A stretch of DNA of 64,000 bases from Ophelia neglecta (lineage: Eukaryota): NCBI GenBank assembly GCA_965285935.1, contig OZ260665.1, positions 28,210,001-28,274,000 on the forward strand, in the 5' to 3' direction. The notes beneath the pieces are model-generated. The model saw only the letters and a program-made list of their open reading frames with translations. It made no database searches and was not told the DNA's origin. The translations under genes were made by a program, and so were the position numbers. Positions 24,703 through 37,439 of this stretch are shown piece by piece (positions within the stretch are counted from its first letter, which is position 1; the number at the start of each line of letters is the position of its first letter).

Positions 24703-27700
24703 CAGGTTAACCCACTGGAAGGTTAGAAGCGGGTTGGGAAAATCTTCTGCCGAATCCAAATTTGGGGCATGTAAGGCGATCGGCGGTTGAAACTTGGATG
24801 AATGTTCTCTGGATTAGCCGCCTCAAGCTCCTGTTCAAAGGCTCTTCTAACGAAGCGCCCTGGAGAACCGCTTCCAAACTTGTTCTGCAGCAATATGTTA
24901 GCCCACACACTAAAGAGTTAATCAGGAACGTCTGCTATGCCTCCGGTATTTACTCCTGATACAACCATGGATTTAAACTCAGACAGTGCTTCCACACTAT
25001 AGCCTTTGCGATGCTTACCTCTGATCAACATAGGTGCGGTTTATTGTACCGCCAGCGATGAACAACGTTTGTTGCTTCCCCTGATGGAATTTCTATTTAA
25101 TTTTGAGACAAGGGTGGCGCTACAATAATGGAAGAAAGCAAAGTCAAACGACATTTGTACTGTACTTGTACAGTTGATTTGGTTTCACTTATGCTACTGA
25201 AGAATAGGCCGATAGTGTCTATAGTTAACAATTCCCACTACGTCGCACAAGCCGTCCAACGCTGCCAGCATCCTATACGGTTATTACCACCTCGTTTCCT
25301 CCAGGCAATGACAGGAAGTGCTGCCAGAGGAACGCAGGTATATAGTAATGGAGTGAGGAGAGTTTTGAAACGTTGTTACGTGGAGAAAAGCCGAGCAGAA
25401 ACCGCGAGTTTGCCGTGATTTCGACCCGAGGGCAGTGTCGTCTGCCTGTGATCTCCCAATTTGGTGTGTCACCCCTAACCCTGCACGTCTCATTCGTTCC
25501 TAATTAGGGCTGTTTGTCGGTCTTCGTCCTCCTCTCGCGACATCCCGCGAGATCAAGTGCCCTGCGGGCGAGGCAGAAGCGAACTAATCTCCCCGACGAG
25601 GCGAGATTTCTCAGCCTGATTACCGTGTATTGTTGCGCTGATTTTGGCTTGTCGTGTCAATTTTTGTTGGCTGACTGGAGTCGTTGTTCGTATATCTTTG
25701 AAGTTTTCTTGCCCTGTGTTAACAGAAGACAGTTTTTATCGCTCACCTCGGTGTGTGCCATGTCTGTTTTCATCCTGACACGGGTTTGGAGGTGGTCTCG
25801 GCCGTCACAACCTTGTTTTACTCCGACAGCTGAACAATCAGCGTCAGAAAAAGGTAAATTATCAAAGACCTCTCCCTGATGGCTTCCTTTGTGTGGCTGT
25901 CGCTCTGAATTTATAACCTAACTTGCGTAGTCATTGGCTCTCTTAGAAAAACGCCATGTCTTCTTGTCGGGGGCGCTTGATCAAAAGCTGCGCCCCTTGG
26001 TTACGATGAACCGCAAGTGTTAATTTGGCTGACCTACTCCTTGTCCAGAAAGGCATACATAGCAGAGCTCTCATGTGTGAAATGCTCGGCGGAACCATTT
26101 AAGATAAATAACAAAGAGGAATTATTGGTCCGTTTGACATTCAGTATGCAAAACTTGGCGACTTCTCACAATCATAGCGACTGGAAGTAATGTGTCACTG
26201 TAATTAGTCCCGGTCACCCCACAAGGTGGGTATTCTTCCGCCCGCCTCTCACTGCTGTCAGATCTTTTTCACATTCAGCAAGGGAAACTTCCATTACAAA
26301 CCTAAACATATAAAGTAGCGATTTGTTAATTGGAGACGGACTATTTTAATATTGTGTTCGATGGAGGGTTGCCAGGTGTTGTTTTTAGCCTGCCTTCCAA
26401 GTAGAGGGTGACTTTCATGGCCTCGGTGGAACGGGCAGGAGTTTGTCATCCTCGTCGACTAGAATCAGCAACATAACATGATTTCATAGGGCATGGAACA
26501 TGCACATGTGCCATAGGAGATGCTTGCGCACTGCGCCATTATCAAGGTTCTGAATACCTCGACTGTGGCTTTGGGAGCTTGAATTCCAAAACTTATTAAG
26601 AACATCACTCCCAGTCAATGAACCGTCTTTCCTTTTCTTCTTTCTATTTTGAAATATTGACATGGCCTTTGGAAAATAACATTCACACATCGGTCTTGTG
26701 CCATAATAATGGCATATATGCTAAATATGCAAGATAGGCACACCAAATATATTGCCCAACAATATGAAGGTATAGGTTATTAGTGTTAAGGGCACCGTGA
26801 ATTTGACCTTGACCTATTCTCGAAGGTCATATAGAAAAACTAAGTGTCCCATGCACTGTGGTTGGCTGGTGGCTTAATGGTCCAAAATAGAAATGTCAAA
26901 CTGAATAATGTCGATGTAATTATCCTGAAAGTATTTATTATGCAGTCTGTTATTTCGGTCTATTATTGTATTGAGTCCGTCTACTTTATCACCCATTCCT
27001 TAATGGAAGTAATTAAGGAGCAAGTTGTGCTTGTACATAACCAGAGTGTTACGCGTTTTTTGGCATCAACATGTGTCCTAATAGGCCTATACACCTTTCC
27101 AGACTAACTTCAGACCTTTACCAAAGCTTTCTTGTACGGTCGCTACCCATGCAGGATGCATTTAACATCCATGGTAACAATGGTCATAGTTACACAGGTG
27201 GGCGATAACAGGCATAATTAGCTAAGAGATCGTCATACCTGTGAACCTTTATCTTAACTCACTTTTTACCTCTTAACTGCCTTCAAATTTCGCCTTATTT
27301 GGATTTTTAGTAGTTGTAACTGACTGACATACAATTCGGAGTTTACTTTACTTTCGTGAATTTTATAGATTTGCGATATCTGCGATATTCAAGTATCTTC
27401 TTGGTCAAATTTGTTGTGGCACAGTGCAGACCTACATATTGAACTGTCAGTAATTATGGGCACAATTTCACCGTAACTGTTTCATCACTACGAGAAGACA
27501 CATGCCCGAGGACACAAGTGTCGTCCACGCATGTAAACCTGCAGTCATTTCTCTGTCAGCTATGGTCAGATCCCTGTCACGTATGGTCAGATCCTTGCCA
27601 TCTCACACACTGGCGTTCGCCTCACGACACTTGAACTTCCGGTCTGACAGAGCCCGGGTGACAGGACATCCATCTATCCGTCATGGCAACTGTCTTTTTC

Positions 27701-29460
27701 GCCGCCATATGGTTTTTGACATCCTATTTCCCGCGCCAACCTACCCCTGTGGGCAAATGTCGTCTGCACTCCCAGCAACTCTCGCGCAGTCTCACCGCCT
27801 GGGGGCGTCATTAATCACGTGCTGACAGGCAACCGTCCAGGGGCGCATTCATGTCGAGAATCGCCGCGATCCCCGGCGAATTTATCGCCGATTCTCCCTT
27901 GCTAATCAGTTTAATGAGTTTGACGAGAATTGGTGTGCATGCCACGTCGCTTTGATGTAAGCGGGCCCATTCACCGCGGAAATTATCTATTGTGTTAAGC
28001 GGTCATTTTTCATCCGCGTTTCCGAGGAGGTCAAAAAGCCACCCAGCAGGATCACTGAGCCAAGACAAATTTTGAACATTTGTAAAGGAGATAATTTCGG
28101 GGAAAACAAATAACGAAAATTAGCAACGTGGGGAAGTGTTCCTCCATGCAGTGGGGACTGCGTATTGTAACTGGTGACCTCAGAGTGATCGATTTTAAAA
28201 TGGCCGACAGTTTTAGGGCAAATTTATGACAAATAGGCTTCCCTTGGCAATTGAAATAGTCAACTAGGAATATGTAAATGTCACTCATTATGTCTGTTTG
28301 AGACAACAGGGCCATCTGTATAGAAAACATTAATAATAATATAAGCTAAAGTGCTATTCTTTTTGTGTCTGTGGATCTTAACCTACTCGTTAGTGTGAAG
28401 GGTTTCATGTACCTTGATATTATTATTTATTGAAAACCTATTTTCCTTGGTAGGACCACATATGACTCGTCCGAGTTCATTGTCTGAGGCCTGGCATAAT
28501 GGGGCACGAGAGGGTGTTTGATTACGGAAGTGACCAGTGCACCTTTAAAAGCAGAACATATGTTGTATGCCCTAGCGAGGACAGTGATACTATGGAGTTT
28601 AAAAAAAGTATCTCCGAGTGCACGGATGCCACCGATCTAGCAGTTTTTATTAAATGATTTATATGTCTATATTTTAAAGTGCGTGCATGCCTCGATGCAT
28701 GCATCTGTTACGTGAGCTTGGAATGCGTATTGAGACAGAGTATGCTGCGGGTCACACTTTAGGGTTATATTCAAATCATTCTTTGTAACAAGACGGACAT
28801 CTCATCTGCCACCTAAAACCCAGGGGCATTTATCTCCGGGACAAAAATATTTACAGATTTGATTCTATTTGTCATTTTCAACGCACATTTCACCTCGGGA
28901 AAGCATGCACAATTTCCTTCATGTAGGAACACCTGAGTTTTATTTTTTCGGTCATAAACTAGGCCTAATTAACACAACTAACGTTAAATTACGAGCTATA
29001 AAATGTGAAGTGAAATAATATTTTAATTGATTTACAAGCAATGGGTGTAGTAGTCGATTTGAATGTCGACAATAACGTTAGCCATGATTGTCTAATAGGT
29101 TTGCCTGTCTGTTTTGCAAATAAATTTTGAAGATACCCAAGTTTTCGCACAATAGGCCTGTATGTTCTTAATTCTGATGCGTTACTACAAATTATTAATG
29201 CATATCAATATGTAACTTTGCTGGCAGACGACACATGCGTAACGGGAATCGTCCATTCAGCCCGTCCGATAAGTTCAGGAACCTCCTGCTGAAGACCAGA
29301 GATTCCCACTTCTCTTGTTTTATGTATTATTGTGCAGTGCGAAAACGAAAAGGCCTTTTTATAGGCGAATGACCAACATTTTAATAAGATGAGTTCAGCT
29401 TTTATGTGTGGTCTCACTAAAATGGGGAAAATGGCATGTTTGCTATTTATTGTAGTTAAA

Positions 29461-31017
29461 CATGATATGAGACACACAGGGGAAGGTATCCATGATATGA
29501 GACACACAGGGGAAGGTATGCATGGTATGTGAGACTCACAGGGGAAGGCATACATGGTATGTGAGACTCACAGGAGAAGGTATACATGGTATGTGAGACT
29601 CGCAGGGGAAGGTTCACATGGTATATGAGACTCACAGGGGAAGGTACACATGGTATGTGAGACTCGCAGGGGAAGGTATACATGGTATATGAGACTCGCA
29701 GGGGAAGGTACACATGGTATATGAGACTCACAGGGGAAGGTATGCATGGTATGTGAGACACACAGTGGAAGGTATGCATGATATGTGAGACACACAGGGG
29801 AAGGCATACATGGTATGTGAGACTCACAGGAGAAGGTATTCATGGTATGTGAGACTCGCAGGGGAAGGTTCACATGGTATATGAGACTCACAGGGGAAGG
29901 TACACATGGTATGTGAGACTCGCAGGGGAAGGTATACATGGTATATGAGACTCACAGGGGAAGGTATGCATGGTATGTGAGACTCACAGGGGAAGGTATA
30001 CATGGTATGTGAGACTCGCAGGGGAAGGTATGCATGATATGTGAGACACACAGGGGAAGGTATACATGATATGTGAGACTCACAGGGGAAGGTATACATG
30101 GTATGTGAGACTCACAGGGGAAGGTATGCATGGTATATGAGACTCGCAGGGGAAGGTACACATGGTATATGAGACTCACAGAGGAAGGTATGCATGGTAT
30201 GTGAGACTCACAGGAGAAGGTATACATGGTATATGAGACTCACAGGGGAAGGTATTCATGGTATGTGAGACTCGCAGGGGAAGGTATACATGGTATATGA
30301 GACTCACAGGGGAAGGTATGCATGGTATGTGAGACTCACAGGGGAAGGTATGCATGGTATGTGAGACTCACAGGGGAAGGTATGCATGGTATGTGAGACT
30401 CACAGGGGAAGGTATGCATGGTATATGAGACTCACAGGGGAAGGTATGCATGGTATGTGAGACTCACAGGGGAAGGTATGCATGGTATGTGAGACTCACA
30501 GGAGAAGGTATACATGGTATATGAGACTCACAGGGGAAGGTATTCATGGTATGTGAGACTCACAGGGGAAGGTATGCATGGTATGTGAGACTCACAGGGG
30601 AAGGTATGCATGGTATGTGAGACTCACAGGGGAAGGTATGCATGGTATGTGAGACTCACAGGGGAAGGTATGCATGATATGTGAGACACACAGGGGAAGG
30701 TATGCATGGTATATGAGACTCACAGGGGAAGGTATGCATGGTATGTGAGACTCACAGGGGAAAGTATGCATGGTATGTGAGACTCACAGGGGAAGGTATA
30801 CATGGTATGTGAGACTCACAGGGGAAGGTATGCATGGTATGTGAGACTCACAGGGGAAGGTATGCATGGTATGTGAGACTCACAGGGGAAGGTATACATG
30901 GTATGTGAGACTCACAGGGGAAGGTATGCATGGTATGTGAGACTCACAGGAGAAGGTATACATGGTATGTGAGACTCACAGGGGAAGGCATACATGGTAT
31001 GTGAGACTCGCAGGGGA
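29461..31017. repeat. Minisatellite array, 32-bp unit GAGACTCACAGGGGAAGGTATGCATGGTATGT, about 48 copies
   Basis: Direct reading; constant unit length with substitution variants (CAC/CGC, TGC/TAC/CAC, TGT/TAT). Confidence 0.97.
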
Positions 31018-32551
31018 CATGTACGTATTAGATATTGTTTCACGGTTGCATGCTAGGAGGGTATGAATAATCTTTTTAGTATATTAATGTAATTGATAAG
31101 ATGATTAAAGCAGTAGGAAGTCAGAAAACTGAATCCAATACAAGTGTATTATTGTCAGCTACACATAGATTCTGAAAAATATAAGATTGCAGTCTTCGTT
31201 TCCATTCAATCTGGCCACTATGAAAAATTGTGTACTGCTAAAGATTATAAATATGGGTTCATCTTAATTTAGACGCTTATTCAATCGACTATGATATTCT
31301 TTTCCGTTTTTGCTATCTTGTGCACGTAACCAGCTGAAACGATATAATGGATGTACATGGGAACCTAGCAATTCAATTTGGGGGGCTGCTCCGTGTAAAA
31401 AAAGGGGGAAAAGGAAGCATTTCTTAGCCCTCCCCCCCCCCCCCGCCTTACCGGACTCACACTCACTGGGTGAGCCCACCCAAAATCACCCACAACTCTT
31501 TAGAGCCACTAAATCCTCAATGGTATATGAAGGTCCGAGGTGGGATGCCATTAACTATATGTATACCCTCACCGCCGCCATCTTCCTCTATTTCTTCTAT
31601 AGCCTATGTAGGTAGAGAGAACTTAAAGACAGTTTTATTTTAGTAAGAAGCACCGTGCCTATGTAGTAGAATATGTTGCATGATAAAGAGCATATATATC
31701 ACATTGGCTGGTACTTTTGGTGACCTAAGAGCCCTGTCGTGTAAGTTTTTGGACATAAAGCTTTGCTTTGTGGCGTATAATGCATTGGTAGTAATTTCAC
31801 AGTGGCAATTTGTAAACTTTTCCAAAGTGTTGGCTAACCAGCTGAGGTAAATTACATTTTAATTAATGGGCGTGATTAGACAGTAAAGATTGATTCAATG
31901 CACTTTGAATAGCAGGTGAAGGTAATTGCATATCTTGTTATGACAACTTGCTGTATTTAGCCGCCGGTTCTGTCCCCACATGTCGACGTGCCAGCGGCTG
32001 GGTCCGCGAGGCCGCACACACACCGTTTTTCGTTATAATTTATGCCTTTTCAATTAACTCAGTAATTATGAACCTAGTCAGTTACCTGGGGTTTTCAACC
32101 TGGGCTGATTAATTAATGCCATCCAGGTTGTGCATGTTGGTGGCGCAAGGCACACCTTGACAACTGTAATCGAACATCGCGCTGAATGCTCCACCGGGGC
32201 ACGCTGACATTTATCAATTAAACTTTTCCATAAAATTGCCCAAGTCAATGACATGCAGAATTTTGAGGCCCATCCATTGGACCGTGAAGTAAGATTCCTG
32301 GTGCCCATTTATATATGGATTGGTCATATGTATGAACTCTAAAATATATCCCTGTGTCAGCCTTTACATATGTGTCGTCATCGATTCCTAGACTTTCAAG
32401 CTCTGACACCTAATATGTATTTATAGATATAAAGTATTCATTTCCATGCCGCTCGGCCATATTGTATGTTCCTGTACGTGCATGGTTACGAGATATATAA
32501 AATATTGATTGTAATCATAGGTTCCTCTTTATGTTAACTGTTGATGTTGGA

Positions 32552-32910
32552 AGTCACTCCCATGTATAGCCAGCGTAGGTATGCGCCGCCCTTAAGGGTA
32601 TCTTTTCACCATTATTCTCTATTAAATGGGGTACCTTTTTCCTAGGATACGATCAATTGGGTCCCTTTTCCACAATTAAACTATCAAAAGGGCAATCACA
32701 TATGTATGCCAATCAAAAGTCTAATTGTTAGCTATTCTGACAAAATTTACTACAAAAAGGTTAAGTTTTCGAAAAGAAGGGGTACCTTTTTTTTTATAAA
32801 TATCTATCAATTGCGTACTTTTTTCATGACATTTCTAACAAAATTGGGCACCTATCGTAATGAGCCCCAAATTCAAAGCTGCGCGGAACAACCCCGCCAT
32901 ACATTGAGTT
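32552..32910. mobile_element. Degenerate non-autonomous DNA-element remnant with repeated GGGTA(C/T)CTTTT motifs
   Basis: CACTCCCAT...GGTATGCGCCGCCC start, several GGGTACCTTTT-like internal repeats, GGAACACCCCG end; termini eroded. Confidence 0.35.
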
Positions 32911-33536
32911 TTATGGCTGCTTGTGTAACAGATGTTTAAGTTGTGAATGTCAATGTCTTCTTTAAACGCCTGGCATACACAATCCACGTGTTTACAATCG
33001 AATTCTCACTGTTCCCGCTTTACCGCGCCTTTAATCCGCCCAGGCGACATCGAAACTAGAAGGAACCCTGTCCAGAAACCCAGTTCTTGTTAACTCTGTC
33101 CTAGTTCCCGAGTGGACACCCGTGGTTATGAACAGAGCTTTCTTGATAACAAAGAGCCTGTGTTAATGTATAGTATTTAAGTCAGAGGACCCCCGGACTA
33201 CATTCACTAGGCCCAACCCATACCCGGGAGTCCCTCGGTCTTCAAATAGTATGTTAAGTCCGCCGGTCTAGAAATTCTGGTTTATTTGGGACCCGGTCTC
33301 GAAATCCTTGTATATTACGTCCACCTCTCCCAACACACTGGAATATCTCGTCTCCGGGGTCTTGTTACCCTATAGGATTAAGGAGTCCGGGATTTCACAG
33401 ACGGGGACCAGATATTCAAACGTCGAAAACCGACATATTTCTTGGGGATTGAGACAGACCGGGCCAATTTTAATAAAATGCTTCGACATTCCATATTATT
33501 TTCTGGTATGTATGTTGGTGTGTTATAAAAATAGCG

Positions 33537-33640
33537 TAGATAAAATCTATCAAGGGCATATATCTATATAAGCCCTAGATAGATCTTATCTAAGATCCAT
33601 CTAGGGCCTATATCTGTAGGCCCTAGATAGATTTTATCTA
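33537..33640. repeat. Compound palindrome of four alternating copies of a 21-bp unit
   Basis: TAGATAAAATCTATCAAGGGC / GCCCTAGATAGATCTTATCTA / TAAGATCCATCTAGGGC / GCCCTAGATAGATTTTATCTA. Confidence 0.85.
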
Positions 33641-34156
33641 TATCCTTTTTCCATATATGTTCTATATATGAGAACTCCCATGCGCTTTGCTGATTTCAGA
33701 CACATATGCTATCTACAGTCGCTCCAACGTAATTTGTGTCATGAATATGCGTAATACAAATAGCGCAAGCTTCATGCAAAACTCTTGCGTAAATTTTGCT
33801 TAAAAATCTGATTCAGTTTGTACACGGTCGGGGGGGGGGGGGGGGGGGGGGCTGTCCGGCGAGCGCAAAGGTGTCTTTCCGCCATAGCTAAATTTCAACA
33901 TCCGCTATTCAAAGTTAAATTTCTGTAACTTTTCCGTAACTTTCACGGAACTCGGTGCATAATTCGTTACCGGAGATGTTATCTGAACGACATAAAGAGG
34001 TAATGAAAAATTATGAAAATCGGTGATTTTAAACCAGCTTAAATGTCCAGTTTTCACAGAAAGCAATCCCATTTGCTCAGTGGTATGGACCCTAATCCGG
34101 CCAGCTTCCTGTAGAATGTAGGCCAACTCCGCCCATAAACTGCAGCCCGCTAATTG

Positions 34157-34220
34157 GTCGAATATGATAAAGCTCGTTTTCACTGACTGTCGAATATGAT
34201 AAAGCTCGTTTTCACTGACT
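34157..34220. repeat. Perfect 32-bp tandem duplication
   Basis: GTCGAATATGATAAAGCTCGTTTTCACTGACT x2. Confidence 0.95.
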
Positions 34221-34292
34221 TTGAAATTTGGCATATCTGTTGTTTGAAATGTTGAACCTAGGTTGCGCTCATCCTAAAGCTAAACTATTTTA

Positions 34293-35649
34293 GGACACTT
34301 CTACCAACTCGTCCGTCCTCTGATAGCTATTTCTCCACGGACCCTTCTACCTACTCGTCCCTCCTCTGATATAGGTTTTTCTCCCCGGACCCTTCTACCC
34401 ACTCGTCCGTCCTCTGACAGCTATTTCTTCACGGACACTTCTACCCACTCGTCCGTCCTCTGATATAGCTATTTCTCCCCGGACCCTTCTACCTACTCGT
34501 CCCTCCTCTGATATAGCTATTTCTCCATGGCCACTTCTACCCACTCGTCCGTCCACTGATAGCTATTTCTCCGCGGACACTTCTACCCACTCGTCCGTCC
34601 TCTGATAGCTATTTCTCCACGAACACTTCTACCCACTCGTCCGTCGGACACTTCTACCCACTCGTCCGTCCTCTGATATAGCTATTTCTCCACGGACACT
34701 TCTACCCACTCGTCCGTCCTCTGATACAGCTATTTCTCCACGGACACTTCTACCCACTCGTCCGTCTACTGATAAAGCTATTTCTCCACGGACACTTCTA
34801 GCCACTCGTCCGTCCTCTGATATAGCTATTTCTCCACGGACACTTCTACCCACTCGTCCGTCGTCTGATATAGCTATTTCTCCACGGACACTTCTACCCA
34901 CTCGTCCGTCGTCTGATATAGCTATTTCTCCACGGACACTTCTACCCACTCGTCCGTCCTCTGATATAGCTATTTCTCCATGGCCACTTCTACCTACTCG
35001 TCCCTCCTCTGATAGCTATTTCTCCACGGACACTTCTACCCACTCGTCCGTCCTCTGATAGCTATTTCTCCACGGACACTTCTACCCACTCGTCCGTCGT
35101 CTGATATAGCTATTTCTCCACGGACATTTCTACCCACTCGTCCGTCCTCTGATGCAGCTATTTCTCCACGGACACTTCTACCCACTCGTCCGTCGTCTGA
35201 TACAGTTATTTCTCCACGGACACTTCTACCCACTCGTCCGTCGTCTGATATAGCTATTTCTCCACGGACACTTCTACCCACTCGTCCGTCCTCTGATATA
35301 GCTATTTCTCCACGGACACTTCTACCCACTCGTCCGTCCTCTGATATAGCTATTTCTCCACGGACACTTCTACCCACTCGTCCGTCCTCTGATATAGCTA
35401 TTTCTCCACGGACACTTCTACCCACTCGTCCGTCCTCTGATATAGCTATTTCTCCATGGACACTTCTACCCACTCGTCCGTCCTCTGATATCGCTATTTC
35501 TCCACGGACACTTCTACCCACTCGTCCGTCGTCTGATATAGCTATTTCTCCACGGACACTTCTACCCACTCGTCCGTCCTCTGATATAGCTATTTCTCCA
35601 CGGACACTTCTACCCACTCGTCCGTCCTCTGATATAGCTATTTCTCCAC
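34293..35649. repeat. Minisatellite array, 48-bp unit (46-bp variants), about 28 copies; left part
   Basis: GGACACTTCTACCCACTCGTCCGTCCTCTGATATAGCTATTTCTCCAC repeated. Confidence 0.97.
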
Positions 35650-37347
35650 CACTGATAATATTGGCCTTCAAAAACTTAGTCAAAATGACTAACTTAGATT
35701 AGTCACGAGAAAATGACTAACCTAAGTTAGTCAGAAAAGGACAATGTTAGTCAAATGGCTAAAGTTCCTTAGTCAGGAGTTATTCCACCTCGTACATTCA
35801 GCCTTGAACTTGACACACAACTTACGTATCTATAGAACCCCCCCCCCCCCCCGCTCAAGGGGTCTACTATACACATAGGCTTGTTCCAGAATGTCAGAAT
35901 GACCCCCTAAAGGAAGGAAACCGGCTTGGTTTTCAACCTCTTTTTTCACGGGCTTTTTTACTGACTTGACCCGCCTAAAAGAAAGGTTTGGCTGTAATCC
36001 ACCCCCTAAAAGAACATTATATTTCTCGGGGACGGGTTATAATATACCACTTTTTCTTATTTCTCGGGGTTAGTTTGAAATTACCCCTTTTAATTTTTTT
36101 TTCGCGGAGAAAGTAGGAAAGGACCCGCAATTTTTAAAATTGTTCGGGGAATTTTCCCAAAACTAAGCTTCATAAATAAACCCCTTTTCCCGAAAAATCG
36201 GGAACACGGAGATCTATATAGGCCTACATCTACAGGCAATACTGTCTTAGCGGTCACCTGTCTAATAAGGTCACCTGCATATTAAGGTCATTCTTTTCAG
36301 TCCCTTCTCCTTTCAATGTATAGGCCTATAATATTGTATATATATGAATATATATCTTGTAGGTAAAATCATATTGATTTACTTGTCATGTAGTCTGGAG
36401 CGCCTGTGTATTTTAGCATGAAACTTATATTTATTTATGATGTTCTCTGCAACTGAAATCGCAATATACTACTCACAAATGCGTTCACACGCGTTCACCT
36501 TCTCGGGCATCTTTGCTACTTTCGCCAACACACCGGAAGGCAGAAAGCGCGACCTCCATGTGCTCCAAGGACGAAGCGGGTCGGACATCACAAGTTCAAT
36601 TTACTGGCAAGTGATTACATCAAAGTTTTTTATCTTCAATTTATATGAGCCCGTTTGAAAGTAGGACTATAGATCCTGTTTTTCCATCAGAGCTTTTATT
36701 GAAATCAACCTCTCTCGACAGACCACTTGCATGGAGAGACGATCATATGGGTTGTCTTAGCTAGGCAGTCTCACTATAATTTTTTAACACTTGTATTTTG
36801 ATGTATGTACTTGTATAAAGCATGGTACTTTTTTAATTTCAGAAACCCGGCTTGTATATAAAAACTGATATACCCGTATCCAGGTTCTCCGAAGAAGACA
36901 TCTTCAGGCTGTCCTGCTCCTATTGTATGCCACCTGCATCTTCAACCTGTTGTACAATGATAAGTGAGGCGCACTTGTATAATAGTAGACTATTTTTTAT
37001 ATGAAATTATATTTGTATGAATCCCTCTTTGGTATCAGGGAATAGGCAATTCTCTCTGTTGAGCAGGTTCTATGTCACGTAGGGCTGTTCCATTGAACAA
37101 GTGTAAGGCATTATTTTTAATGTTAGTAAATAAAAGTTAGAACAGAACAATGTTTCGTTATGATCCCCTAAAATACAGATTTATCCCTTTGGGTAACTTA
37201 GGTTAGTCATTTGACTAACTTTTGTTAGTCATTTGACTAACTTTTGACTAACATGACTAACACGGGTTAGGACATTGGCACTTAGCCACAAAGACTAAGG
37301 TAAGTTAGTCATTTTGACTAAGTTACTTAGTCAATATATTTTCAGTG
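35650..37347. mobile_element. Non-autonomous CACTG (EnSpm/CACTA, CMC superfamily) element with nested insertions, inserted in the 48-bp array
   Basis: Termini CACTG...CAGTG. Imperfect TIR CACTGATAATATTGGCCTTCAAAAACTTAGTCAAAATGACTAACTTA versus reverse complement CACTGAAAATATATTGACTAAGTAACTTAGTCAAAATGACTAACTTA. Many subterminal TTAGTCA/TGACTAA repeats at both ends. 2-bp TSD AC (35648-35649, 37348-37349) defined exactly by the interrupted satellite unit. Confidence 0.9.
36233..36776. mobile_element. Degenerate Tc1/mariner-type MITE (or two fragments) nested in the CACTG element
   Basis: TA|CAGGCAATACTGTCTTAGCGGTCACCTGTCTAATAAGGTCACCTG left end and GGTTGTCTTAGCTAGGCAGTCTCACTA|TA right end; resembles the 61701-61877 family; TIRs poorly matched. 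Confidence 0.4.
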
Positions 37348-37349
37348 AC

Positions 37350-37439
37350 GGACACTTCTACCCACACGTCCGTCCTCTGATATAGCTATTTCTCCACGGA
37401 CACTTCTACCTACTCGTTCCTCCTCCGATAGCTATTTCT
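37350..37439. repeat. Last two units of the 48-bp minisatellite, resuming after the transposon
   Basis: GGACACTTCTACCCACACGTCCGTCCTCTGATATAGCTATTTCTCCAC followed by a diverged unit. Confidence 0.95.

Noticed and set aside
24707-24959. Overlapping short ORFs next to the Harbinger MITE, faintly like LINE C-terminal sequence
   Set aside because: No diagnostic motif; too short to call.
3393-35649. Unit lengths 16, 32 and 48 bp being multiples of 16
   Set aside because: The units share no alignable 16-bp subunit and the other arrays (31, ~45, 52, 54) do not fit; treated as coincidence.
34629-35683. Minus-strand ORFs with GEIAISEDGRVGRSVR repeats
   Set aside because: A by-product of the 48-bp unit. 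46-bp variants break the frame, the start lies inside the transposon end and the array is disrupted by an insertion.
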